A stretch of DNA of 60,344 nt. Source: Deltaproteobacteria bacterium (lineage in GTDB: Bacteria; Myxococcota_A; UBA9160; UBA6930). The stretch's first letter is position 1. Each line of letters opens with the position of its first letter. A model generated the notes under the pieces. The model was given only the letters and a program-made list of their open reading frames with translations, did no database searches and was not told the DNA's origin. Position numbers and translations under genes: made by a program. The stretch is taken from positions 1 to 60,344 of the forward strand of contig JANNDT010000277.1 of NCBI GenBank assembly GCA_031387905.1, written 5' to 3'. Positions 34,557 through 43,438 of the stretch are shown here, piece by piece.

Positions 34557-35750
34557 CTTCACCCACTTCGCGATGACGCTCTTGGCGATCAGGGCGAGCA
34601 GACTGCGCGGGAGGAGGCGCATGCCGGCGTTGGCGCGCAGCCAGTTGAACCAGCCGGAGATCACCGACGGCTGGTAACCGAGCGCGTCGAACGCGTCGCG
34701 CACGACGCTGGCCGGGCTCGCGCCTTCGTGCGGGAGTTCGTCGGCGGCGACGGCGAACTCGGTGTCGGTCGAGCCGGGCAAGAGCGAGAGCGCATCGACG
34801 CCGGTGCCCTGCAGCTCGCCCCATAATGACTCGCCCAGGTAGTTGTCGAATGCCTTGCTGGCGCTGTAGAGCGCATGCAGCGGGAGCGGCTGCGAGCCCG
34901 AGACGGAGCCGGTGAAGATCAGAGCGCCGCGTTTGCGCGCGACCATCCTGGGAAGCAGCTCTGCTGTTAGGGCGACCGGGGTCGCGCAGTTGAGCTGCAC
35001 CATCGCGGCGAGGCGCGCGGGCTCCTGTTCGTGGAAGCGGCCGACGTAACCAACGCCGGCGTTGTTCACGAGCACCGCGATCTCGAGATCCGCGACGGCC
35101 GCGAGCAGCGTGCGCACGCCGGCTTCGCTCGCGAGATCGCAGGCGACGCAGCGCACGCGCACGCCACTGTCTTCGCGCAGCTCTTGCGCGAGCCGTTCGA
35201 GCTTGTCCGCGCGGCGCGCGGCGAGCACGAGCGAAACGCCGTCGCGTGCGAGCGCTCGCGCGAACTCGGCGCCAATCCCGGACGATGCGCCCGTGACTAG
35301 CGCCCAGTCGCCGTAACGCTCGCGCAGCGACATCCGGCGCGGCTGGAAGAGTTCGCGCGAACGCCAGAGTTCGCGGGCGATCACCCCGAACACGAACGCG
35401 GCAACGGCGCCGCTGGCGATCGCGAGGGGTTCCCGCTTGTACAGGAACGGCCACACCAGCATTGAGAAGGAAACCTGTGCGGCGTAGTAAGCCGCCCATG
35501 GCCACAGCCAGGCGCGCATCCGCCAGAAGCCGAGCACCCCGGCGCCATACACGAACCAATGCGCCGGCTCGAGCAGCTTCGCCCAGACGCCATCGAAGCG
35601 GATGCCGAACCACACTTCCTCGTCGTAGCGCGTCGGCTTCATCAGCAGGTCCCAGGGGACGTAGATGAACGCCATGAACGCGCAGAACAACAGCAGCGCA
35701 TTCATCCACCACGGGCGTCGCGCGAACTGGTGGCGTAGCCAAACGCGCAT
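34539..35750 (-). CDS. Membrane-anchored SDR: about 130-aa multi-TM N-domain fused to a classical SDR
   Basis: The N-domain is rich in W/F hydrophobic helices (WWMNALLLFCAFMAFIYVPW, WLWPWAAYYAAQVSFSMLVWPFLY). The SDR part has ALVTGASSGIGAEFARALARDG, NNAG and YSASKAF. Confidence 0.8.
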   Translation of the reverse strand: MRVWLRHQFARRPWWMNALLLFCAFMAFIYVPWDLLMKPTRYDEEVWFGIRFDGVWAKLLEPAHWFVYGAGVLGFWRMRAWLWPWAAYYAAQVSFSMLVWPFLYKREPLAIASGAVAAFVFGVIARELWRSRELFQPRRMSLRERYGDWALVTGASSGIGAEFARALARDGVSLVLAARRADKLERLAQELREDSGVRVRCVACDLASEAGVRTLLAAVADLEIAVLVNNAGVGYVGRFHEQEPARLAAMVQLNCATPVALTAELLPRMVARKRGALIFTGSVSGSQPLPLHALYSASKAFDNYLGESLWGELQGTGVDALSLLPGSTDTEFAVAADELPHEGASPASVVRDAFDALGYQPSVISGWFNWLRANAGMRLLPRSLLALIAKSVIAKWVKRGDVP

Positions 35751-35753
35751 CGA

Positions 35754-37094
35754 TTAGGCCTTGGCAGCGATGCGCGCGAGCGCGGCGTCGAGCGATTTGC
35801 GCAAGAGCGCGGCGCACTCGTCGAGTTCGGAGTCGCTCGCGTTCAGGGGCGGTCCGAGCACCACGACGTCCTGCGCGGGCGCGCAGCCGCCCGGATAGAA
35901 GAACGCGCCGTGCGCGAGCCCCGCGGCGACCACCGCGCCCGCCGCCTTTGCGTCTGCCGGGAACGGCTCGCCGGTCGCGCGATCGCGCACGAGCTCGATC
36001 GCCTGTAACAAGCCGCGCCCGCGGATCTCCGCGACGTTCGGGTGATCGCCGAGTTCCGCGACGAGACGTTCGCGCAACCGCTCGCCGCTTCTCGCCGCGC
36101 GCGCCACGAGCCCGTCGCGCTCCATGATCTCGAGCACTTTGTCGGCGATCGCGCACGAAGCCGGGTGCGCGCTGTACGTGTAATACATGACCTCCATGCC
36201 CGCGGCGCCGATCGGCTCCGCCACCGCGTCGGTCGCGTAGACGCCGCTCATCGGCGCGTAGCCCGCGGCGAGGCCTTTACCCGCAACCATTAGGTCCGGC
36301 AGAACGTTCCAGTGGTCCACCGCGAAGCGCGCGCCGGTGCGTCCGAAGCCGCACATCACTTCGTCGGCGATCAGCAGCACGCCGCGGCGGCGGCAGATCT
36401 CGGCGACGCGCGGCAAGTAGCCATCCGGCGGCACGAGCGCGCCCGCGGTCGAGCCGCCCACGGGCTCGAGGATCACGGCCGCCACGCTGTCCGCGCCCGC
36501 GCGCTCGATCGCTTCCTCGACGCCGTCCGCGCAGCGCGAGTTGCACGCACTCTCGCCGCGGCAACTCGTGCAACGCAGGGGATAACAAGCCGGCGCCTTC
36601 GGCCAATCGTGCAGCCACGGCTCCATGCCTTTGCGCCGTTTGGTGTGGCCGCCGACGTCGAGCGTCGAGAACGTCGTGCCGTGATAACTCAGCTCGCGGC
36701 CGATCACTTTGAAGCGCTGGGTTTCGCCTCTCGCGACGAAGTACTGGCGCGCGATGCGCAGCGCGAGGTCGACCGCCTCGGAGCCGCCGCTCGCGAAGAT
36801 GCAGCGCGTCATGCCCTTCGGCAGCCACGCGCGCTGCAGCCGCTCCACCAGCCGCGCGCGGTGCTCGGTAACGAACGGCGGCACCACGTAGCTCACCTCG
36901 GCGAGCGCGCGCGCCGCCGCCTCCACCACCTCGGGGTGACCGTGGCCGATGTTCGCCGCGATCGCCCCGCCAGCGGCGTCGAGGATGCGCCGCCCATCGG
37001 TCGTATAGAGGTAGGAGCCTTCGGCCCGCGCGACCTGCAGCCCGAGGCCGCCGAAAGGCAGGAACGGATATCGCTGCGCTTGTTCGGGAGTCAC
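35754..37094 (-). CDS. Class III (omega) aminotransferase family protein
   Basis: 446 aa. Motifs: GGAIAANIGHGHPEVVEA, LIADEVMCGFGRTG, MVAGKGLAAGYAPMSG. GTG start. Confidence 0.9.
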   Translation of the reverse strand: MTPEQAQRYPFLPFGGLGLQVARAEGSYLYTTDGRRILDAAGGAIAANIGHGHPEVVEAAARALAEVSYVVPPFVTEHRARLVERLQRAWLPKGMTRCIFASGGSEAVDLALRIARQYFVARGETQRFKVIGRELSYHGTTFSTLDVGGHTKRRKGMEPWLHDWPKAPACYPLRCTSCRGESACNSRCADGVEEAIERAGADSVAAVILEPVGGSTAGALVPPDGYLPRVAEICRRRGVLLIADEVMCGFGRTGARFAVDHWNVLPDLMVAGKGLAAGYAPMSGVYATDAVAEPIGAAGMEVMYYTYSAHPASCAIADKVLEIMERDGLVARAARSGERLRERLVAELGDHPNVAEIRGRGLLQAIELVRDRATGEPFPADAKAAGAVVAAGLAHGAFFYPGGCAPAQDVVVLGPPLNASDSELDECAALLRKSLDAALARIAAKA

Positions 37095-37150
37095 GCTCCC
37101 ATTCTGCGCTCGGGCGGACGATCAAGCCACGGTCTGCAGCGGAGGATCGC

Positions 37151-37624
37151 GTGAAAAGCGCAGCGTCTTCGCGTGTTCCGGGGTTTCGCGCACTGAACTG
37201 CGCGCTGCTCGCGTTGGCATTGGCCGGCTGCGGCGAGCCCGAGACCCCCGAAGCGCGAGTGGGGGCCGCGCTGGTCGAGCTCGAAAGCGCCGCCGAGGAG
37301 GGCGACGTGGGCGCGTTCCGCGAACTCATCTCCGAGCAGTACGAAGATGCCTTCGGCCACGACAAGCAGGCGCTCGCGGACTACGTCCGCTTCCACGTGC
37401 TGAGCCACCCGCGCGGGCGCGAAGTGATCTTGCGCGTGCGCGAGCTGCAGCTCACCAGCGAGACGACTGCGAGCGTGATGTTCCACGCCGGCTTCGTGGG
37501 CGCGGGCGAAAGCACGCTGCACGCCGACGCCTACGCGATCGATCTCGATCTCGCGCTGGAAGACGACGCCTGGCGCGTGAGCTGGGCACAGTGGAAACCG
37601 GCGGCGCCGACCGAGCTGTTGTGA
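37151..37624 (+). CDS. Hypothetical lipoprotein, NTF2/SnoaL-like fold suspected
   Basis: Lipobox LLALALAGCG. 157 aa with coding-like composition. Confidence 0.6.
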   Translation: MKSAASSRVPGFRALNCALLALALAGCGEPETPEARVGAALVELESAAEEGDVGAFRELISEQYEDAFGHDKQALADYVRFHVLSHPRGREVILRVRELQLTSETTASVMFHAGFVGAGESTLHADAYAIDLDLALEDDAWRVSWAQWKPAAPTELL

Positions 37625-37639
37625 GTGCGGGCGCGTCGA

Positions 37640-38410
37640 TTACGGAACTCGCAGCACGAGCGAGCAGCAGGTCACGCCGCCTTCCGCCTTGGCGAGTTCC
37701 GAGGCGTCGACGGACGTGACCGTGATGCAGCGCGCTCGCAGGCGCTCTGCGGTGCGCGGGAACGCGGCGCCGTAGAGCAGCGCGCCGCCAAGCCAGAGCG
37801 CGTTCGCCGCGAACGGCTCGGACGCAGCGATCTCGATGCGTTCCCAGCCCGCGAAGCGCGCCGCATCGACCCAGCGCGGGTTCACGAGCAGCGCGCGCTC
37901 GGCGACGCGCGTGACGGCTGTCTTCAGGTGCAGCGCGCCTTCAACCTGGATGCCTTCGACTCGATAAGCATGTGGCGCGACGAGGGCGCGCAGTTGCGTG
38001 ATCGCCTCCGCGTTCGTGCGGCGTGAGAGTCCGACGAAGAGCGTCCGGCCGAGCGCGAGCACGTCGCCGCCGTCGAGCGTCGCCGGCGCTTCGAGCCTGA
38101 GAAGTGGCCGATGCGCGCGCAGCGCCTCGGCGGCCGAAGCCACCTCGCCGCGCCGCGAGAGCGCACCCGGGCGCGTCAGGATCGCGGCTTCGTCGAGCAC
38201 GATCGCCACGTCCTCGACGAACACCGAGTCGGGATGCTCTGGAAGCTCGGGCAGCCGCAGCACCTCGCAGCCCGCCTGCGCGAGCGCGCGCTCGTAGGCC
38301 GCGTGCTGCACGCGCGCGAGTGCGAGATCGATCGGCGCGCGCGCGACGTGCGTGAGTTCGCAGGCCGCGATGCTCGCGGGCACCGCGCGCGTCAACGCGA
38401 GCATGCGCAT
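37640..38410 (-). CDS. Dimethylarginine dimethylaminohydrolase / amidinotransferase-fold protein
   Basis: PDSVFVEDVAIVLDE and C-terminal GGVTCCSLV, which carries the catalytic Cys context. The ATG at 38410 gives 256 aa. Confidence 0.75.
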   Translation of the reverse strand: MRMLALTRAVPASIAACELTHVARAPIDLALARVQHAAYERALAQAGCEVLRLPELPEHPDSVFVEDVAIVLDEAAILTRPGALSRRGEVASAAEALRAHRPLLRLEAPATLDGGDVLALGRTLFVGLSRRTNAEAITQLRALVAPHAYRVEGIQVEGALHLKTAVTRVAERALLVNPRWVDAARFAGWERIEIAASEPFAANALWLGGALLYGAAFPRTAERLRARCITVTSVDASELAKAEGGVTCCSLVLRVP

Positions 38411-38465
38411 TCCTCGATCGCCGCGTTCGCGACCGTCCCGCTCACCGGGAGTGCGCGGCGACCCT

Positions 38466-39014
38466 TCATCGGCTCTCCGCCTCACGCCACTCGCCGGGCT
38501 GAAGCGCTCCGAGTTCCATGTCGCCAATGCGCACGCGAATCAGGCGCAGCGTGGGCAGCCCGACCGCGGCGGTCATGCGGCGCACCTGGCGATTGCGTCC
38601 CTCGCGCAGCGTGAGTGCGAGCCAGCTGGTGGGCACGTTCTTCCTGAAGCGCACCGGCGGCGTGCGCTGCCAGATCGCGGGCGGCGCGATCTCTTCGGCT
38701 CGCGCGGGCCGCGTCAGGCCGTCCTCGAGGCGCACGCCGCGCCGCAACTGCTCGAGCGCCTCGCGCGCCGGCGCCCCTTCCACTTGCACCCAATAAGTCT
38801 TGGACAGCTCGTGCTGCGGGTCGGCGATGCGCGCCTGGGTTGCGCCGTCGTCCGTCAGCAGCAGCAGGCCCTCGCTGTCGTAGTCGAGACGGCCCGCCGC
38901 GTAGACGCCCGGCACGCGCACGTAATCCGCGAGCGTCGCGCGGCCCGCGGCGTCGGTGAACTGGCACAGCACGCGGAACGGCTTGTTCAGAAGGATTAGG
39001 CGCGGGCGCGGCAT
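38466..39014 (-). CDS. rluE: RsuA/RluE-type pseudouridine synthase
   Basis: [14 protein letters not shown]...[19 protein letters not shown] contains the catalytic Asp motif. The length of 182 aa is typical of RluE. Confidence 0.8.
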   Translation of the reverse strand: MPRPRLILLNKPFRVLCQFTDAAGRATLADYVRVPGVYAAGRLDYDSEGLLLLTDDGATQARIADPQHELSKTYWVQVEGAPAREALEQLRRGVRLEDGLTRPARAEEIAPPAIWQRTPPVRFRKNVPTSWLALTLREGRNRQVRRMTAAVGLPTLRLIRVRIGDMELGALQPGEWREAESR

Positions 39015-39027
39015 CGTCCGGCGCGCG

Positions 39028-40002
39028 TCAGTGAATCTGCTTCAAGAAATCGAGCAACAGCGCATTCGTCTGTTCCGGGCGTTCCTGCTGGATCCAGTGG
39101 CCGGCGCCTTCGAGGATGTGCGAACCGCAGAGGCGCGGGAGCGTCTCGCCGAAGCGCGCGATCGCGGGCGCGCCCCAGATGGTGGGGCCGTCCTTCGAGC
39201 CGCCAACGAACAGCGCAGGCGGCTCGATCGGCCGCCCGGCGAGAGCCGCGAGATCTTCCCAATCGCGATCGACGTTGCGGTAGCGGCAGAGCGGGCCGAA
39301 GAAACCCGAGTACTCGAACTCGCGCGTGTAAATGTCGAGGTCGGCGTCGCTGAGCCAACGCGGCATGCGCTCGGGGAACAGGAACTTGTCGCGCAGCTTC
39401 TTGCCGCGCTCGACGAGCCCGATGTTCGGGCCGTTCACGATGTCGCCTGAGCCGCACCAGTAGAAGCCGAGCAGCCAGCTGCGCACGTCCTCTTCGATCT
39501 CCGCTTCGGCGCGGCCGGGGATCTGGAAGTAGTCGGCGTAGAACTCGTCCTTGCCGGCCAGGGCGCGCATGCGCTCGAGCGGGCTCGGGCCGACGTGCTG
39601 CGTAGGCGGCGCGTACGGAACCGAGAGCCCGGCGACGCCGCGAAACAGATCCGGCCGTAACAACGCGCTCGTCCACACGATCGGCGCGCCCCAATCGTGG
39701 CCGACCAGCGTGACGCGTTCGCCGCCGAGGCTCTGCGCGAGGCCGACGATGTCAGCGACGTTGTTGAGCATGCGGTAGTCGTCGTCGCGCGTGGGCTTCG
39801 AGGAACGCCCGTAGCCGCGCACGTCGACCGCGACGGCGTGATAACCCGCGGCGGCGAGCGCGGGCAGCTGGTAGCGCCACGAGTACCAAGACTCCGGGAA
39901 ACCGTGCACGAGCACGACGCTCGGTCCGGAGCCGCACTCGGCGACGTGCAAGCGCACTCCGTTGGTGGCGAGCGAGCGGTGCTTGACTTGCGACATGAGC
40001 AC
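39028..40002 (-). CDS. Alpha/beta-fold epoxide hydrolase-like protein
   Basis: [55 protein letters not shown] and the nucleophile elbow GHDWGA. Confidence 0.85.
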   Translation of the reverse strand: MLMSQVKHRSLATNGVRLHVAECGSGPSVVLVHGFPESWYSWRYQLPALAAAGYHAVAVDVRGYGRSSKPTRDDDYRMLNNVADIVGLAQSLGGERVTLVGHDWGAPIVWTSALLRPDLFRGVAGLSVPYAPPTQHVGPSPLERMRALAGKDEFYADYFQIPGRAEAEIEEDVRSWLLGFYWCGSGDIVNGPNIGLVERGKKLRDKFLFPERMPRWLSDADLDIYTREFEYSGFFGPLCRYRNVDRDWEDLAALAGRPIEPPALFVGGSKDGPTIWGAPAIARFGETLPRLCGSHILEGAGHWIQQERPEQTNALLLDFLKQIH

Positions 40003-40031
40003 TCCGGGTGTTGGGATCTCGCTGGGTCAGC

Positions 40032-41321
40032 TCAGGATAATCGCGCTGAGATGGACGTGAATCCACGGAAGCGCGCGCGGCCGCCTCGGATCGGAGGCGC
40101 TGCGAGCGCGAACTTCGGGAAGCGCGCGAGGAAGCGGCCGATCGCGACGCGGCCTTCGAGGCGCGCGACGTTCATGCCGATGCACTGGTGCGGCCCTGCC
40201 GCGAATGCGAGGTGGCGATTCGGCGTGCGCGCGAGATCGAGCCGGTCGGGCTCGGCGAAGCGCTCGGGATCGCGATTCGCGGCGCCGATCGCGAGCGTGA
40301 TGGAAGTGCCCGCAGCGAGCGCTACGCCGCCGATCTCGGTCGGGCGCGTCGTGCGCCGGTTGCCGAGCTGGTTCGAGCTCTCGAAGCGCAGGCACTCTTC
40401 GACCGCGCTAGCGATGAGGCTCGGCTCGGCAAGCAACCGCGCGCGCTCACCCGGCCACTCGCAGAGCAACACGAGCGCGTTGCCGATCAAGTTCGTGGTC
40501 GTCTCGTGGCCCGCGTTCAGGATGAACACGCAGTTCTGCAGCAACTCGTGCTCGCTGAGCCGCTCGCCGTCCGCCTCGCCGATGATTAGGCGCGTGAGCA
40601 CGTCGCGCGCGGGATCGCCGGGCTGCGCGCGCCGCGCGGCGACGAGGCGCCCCAAGTACTCCGTGAAATCGCGCACCGCGGCGTTGCCGCGCGCGAGCTG
40701 CTCGGGCGTCGGCGCGGGCTCGAGCGCACCGAGGATCGCGAGCGACCACGCGCGCAGTGGCCAGCGCTCGTCGCGCGGCACCGCGAGCAAGTTGCCGATC
40801 ACCTCGACCGGAATCGCCGCCGCGAAATCCTCGATCAGGTCCGCGCTGCCCTTGGCTTCGAGCGCATCGAGAAGCCGATCGACGAGCGCCGCAACAGGCG
40901 CCTCGAGTTCAGAGATCGCGCGCGGCGTGAGCGCGCCCGCGAGAATGCGCCGCACGCGCGCGTGCTGCGCGCCGTCGTTGAAGACGAGGCTGGCGGTGTG
41001 GTGTGCGAAGAGCGCGCTGTCCTCACCAAACTTCGGCGCGAACTCGATGCGCTTGTCGGAGCAGAACGTCGCGGGGTCGCGGTAGACGGCGTCGAGATCG
41101 GCCCAGCGCGACAGCAGCACGCTGCCCGAGAGCATGCGGTGCACGGGCGCGAACATGCACAGCGCGTGATAAACCGGATACGGATCGGCGTGGAAACCGG
41201 CAGGGAGGAGCGTCACGTCGAACGCGCTCGCGACGCAGCGGGCCTCCGCTTCAGGCATTAGGCGAAGCCCGTTCGCGTCGAGAGCGCGACTACTCAGGAA
41301 TGGCTCATGGGCCGCGCTCAA
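40032..41321 (-). CDS. Cytochrome P450
   Basis: Heme-binding loop FAAGPHQCIGMNVARLE, I-helix ILNAGHETTTN and ExxR (ECLR). Confidence 0.9.
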   Translation of the reverse strand: MSAAHEPFLSSRALDANGLRLMPEAEARCVASAFDVTLLPAGFHADPYPVYHALCMFAPVHRMLSGSVLLSRWADLDAVYRDPATFCSDKRIEFAPKFGEDSALFAHHTASLVFNDGAQHARVRRILAGALTPRAISELEAPVAALVDRLLDALEAKGSADLIEDFAAAIPVEVIGNLLAVPRDERWPLRAWSLAILGALEPAPTPEQLARGNAAVRDFTEYLGRLVAARRAQPGDPARDVLTRLIIGEADGERLSEHELLQNCVFILNAGHETTTNLIGNALVLLCEWPGERARLLAEPSLIASAVEECLRFESSNQLGNRRTTRPTEIGGVALAAGTSITLAIGAANRDPERFAEPDRLDLARTPNRHLAFAAGPHQCIGMNVARLEGRVAIGRFLARFPKFALAAPPIRGGRARFRGFTSISARLS

Positions 41322-41354
41322 CGCTCGGCTCGTCCCAACAACCGCGCGCCGCCG

Positions 41355-41939
41355 CTACCCGTTCAGCAGCTTGCACGCCTCGTTCATGAACTCGATCGTC
41401 GAGCGCTCGTCTTGCGCGATCGTGCGCAGCAGCGACTGCGTCTCGGGATCATGATCGAGCCGGCAGGCGATCTCGTAAATCGGCGCGAGCGCCTTGTCCG
41501 CGTCGCCAACGCTCTTCACGAAATCGAGCACCTTGGCGGCGTCGCCCTTCTGCTTGTCGCCAAGCGAGCGCAGCGCCTTGACCTGCGCTTCCTGGGGAAC
41601 GTCGCGCGTGCACGCGCCGCCGAGCTGCTTGATGCGCTCGGCGAGCAGCCGCGCATGCATGCCTTCGCGCTGCTGCACGACGCGCAGCCCGCCGCGCACG
41701 CACGCGACGTCGCTCGCGTCGAGCCACACGCCGGTCGAGATCTCGCCAAACGCTTCGCCTGCGCGGAAGCGGTCGAGGAAGCGGATCGTCTCTTCGCGGC
41801 TCGCGGCCATGCCACCCTTCGCGGCCAGCGCATCGACGCGCTTGCTGAGCGAACCCACTTCCTTGCAGAGCACGTCCTGCTGGGCGGCGACCTTGCAGAG
41901 GGTTTCTTCGATGCGGGCGAGGAGTGCGGAGTCGGCCAT
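41355..41939 (-). CDS. Hypothetical protein (194 aa), first gene of the P450 operon
   Basis: Clean ORF with coding-like composition and a coiled-coil-like N-terminus. I recognise no family. Confidence 0.6.
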   Translation of the reverse strand: MADSALLARIEETLCKVAAQQDVLCKEVGSLSKRVDALAAKGGMAASREETIRFLDRFRAGEAFGEISTGVWLDASDVACVRGGLRVVQQREGMHARLLAERIKQLGGACTRDVPQEAQVKALRSLGDKQKGDAAKVLDFVKSVGDADKALAPIYEIACRLDHDPETQSLLRTIAQDERSTIEFMNEACKLLNG

Positions 41940-42153
41940 GGGTGGCTCCTATCTATAGAGGGTGTGCGGCCGACTCTATCACGGGCCTGCAAGTGATCGG
42001 CATCACGGCTTCTCTGCCCGCGAGCCCGGAAGATTTGGACTCCTGGACGAAGCGTGAATGCCTGCACGAAACGCTGCGTCCGAAACTTCAGCCCGCGCTT
42101 CGAGTTCAAGCCGGGGCGCGCTTCAGCAACACCAGGATCGAGGAGTGCTTCCG

Positions 42154-42507
42154 ATGCCGATTTCGATGCAGACAGCGCTGCGCCGCGGGATGATCGCGGC
42201 CTGCTTGTTCGCGGGCGTGTTGCTCGCGGTCGCGCCCGCGAGTGCCGACCACGGGCGGCGCTATCGCCACTACAGCTCTCACCGCCCGCACGTCGCGGTG
42301 TTCGTGGGCCTGCCGCCGATCGTGCTGCACGCGGGCTACCCGCGATACCGCGAGCCGTACTACCGCGACGAGCGCGGCTATCGCGACGATTACGCCTACG
42401 AAGAAGGCTATGGCGACGGCTACGACGACCGCGCCCGCGAAGAGTGGTGGCGGCGCGAGCACTACCGGCGCCATCGGCATCACGACCACCACGACTGCGA
42501 CGATTAG
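42154..42507 (+). CDS. Small secreted His/Arg/Tyr/Asp-rich protein (117 aa)
   Basis: AGGAG lies 8 nt upstream of the ATG at 42154. The signal peptide is MPISMQTALRRGMIAACLFAGVLLAVAPASA. The mature part is a low-complexity R/Y/D/E/H sequence ending HYRRHRHHDHHDCDD. Confidence 0.5.
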   Translation: MPISMQTALRRGMIAACLFAGVLLAVAPASADHGRRYRHYSSHRPHVAVFVGLPPIVLHAGYPRYREPYYRDERGYRDDYAYEEGYGDGYDDRAREEWWRREHYRRHRHHDHHDCDD

Positions 42508-42992
42508 GCTGCCGCGCGCTCGGTCCTCCAGCGCGGCCAGAGCCGCCAGCCAAGCACGGCCGGCGCAATCAGCCACGGCAAGTTGAACGGTAGGTAGACG
42601 CCGAGATGTGGCGGCGGCAGCGGGCCGCTGAGCGTCTCGAAGAAGTAGAACCACATGTTGAGGACGCCGGCGCCTGCGTAGACGAGACCGAGCGGGCGCG
42701 ACCAGGCGCGGCGGCGCACGAGCCCAACAATTAGGGCGACGAGCAGCGGCGTCTGCACGAAGCCGTCGAAGAGCGTGCTCGCGATCAGCGTGCGCGGCGG
42801 ATCCAGATGCGTCGGCTCCTGTTCGACGGCCCAGCCATGCAGCGAGCGCAGCGGCGGCCAGGGGCTATCGGGCGCTACCGGCAGGCCGAGGCTCTCGGGC
42901 AGACTGAAGAGCGCGCCGTACACCACCGAAATCGCGAAGAACGGGATCAGGATGTAGTCGAGCGGGTGGCGCGCGAACTCGCGCCCGTTCAC
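42504..42992 (-). CDS. Four-TM membrane protein, EXPERA/DUF2781 (TMEM97/EBP)-like
   Basis: The GTG at 42992 overlaps the upstream stop (GTGA). The family call is by eye only, from HPLDYILIPFFAISVVYGALF, WAVEQEPTHLDPP and DGFVQTPLLVALIVGL...W pattern. Confidence 0.5.
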   Translation of the reverse strand: MNGREFARHPLDYILIPFFAISVVYGALFSLPESLGLPVAPDSPWPPLRSLHGWAVEQEPTHLDPPRTLIASTLFDGFVQTPLLVALIVGLVRRRAWSRPLGLVYAGAGVLNMWFYFFETLSGPLPPPHLGVYLPFNLPWLIAPAVLGWRLWPRWRTERAAA

Positions 42993-43357
42993 GTCATGGC
43001 CCGCTGATAAGTCGCCATGTCGAAGTAGTCGCGCCAGATCTTGATCTTGCCGCCCTCGAGCAAGAAGACGCCGGTGCAGGGCAGATCGACCGCCTTGGCG
43101 CCGGCCTTGCTGCGGTCGAGTCGCTCGGCGATCACGACGTCGCCAGCGCAGAGCAAGTTCAGGATGTCCCAGCGCGTCTCGGTCCAGGTCGAGACGAAGC
43201 CGCGGATCAGCCGCTCGACGTTGGCGCGGCCGGCGACCGGCGGGCCCGGCATGTTGTGATAGACGCCGTCCTCGCTGAAGTAGGCGCTGAGTTCCTTCGG
43301 GTCGAGGCGCGACCAGGCGGCGATGAAGTCGCGAATCAGCTTCTCGTTGGGTTGCAT
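42989..43357 (-). CDS. SnoaL/NTF2-fold protein, limonene-1,2-epoxide hydrolase-like (122 aa)
   Basis: MQPNEKLIRDFIAAWSRLDPKELSAYFSEDGVYHNMPGPP...GGKIKIWRDYFD. GAGGAGGG RBS. Only the last 123 codons of track ORF 42989..44911 are used. Confidence 0.75.
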   Translation of the reverse strand: MQPNEKLIRDFIAAWSRLDPKELSAYFSEDGVYHNMPGPPVAGRANVERLIRGFVSTWTETRWDILNLLCAGDVVIAERLDRSKAGAKAVDLPCTGVFLLEGGKIKIWRDYFDMATYQRAMT

Positions 43358-43438
43358 GCGGTCCCTCCTCATGCGGCGTGCGAGCGAAGGCCGCGGCACG
43401 CGCGATAGCTTCGAGCATCGCACAGCGAGGACGCGCAG

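Noticed and set aside
34321-36156. 611-aa minus-strand ORF spanning the RAYT upstream region, the membrane-SDR gene and the aminotransferase gene.
   Set aside because: It is out of frame with two well-supported genes, and its composition is almost pure R/A/G/P.
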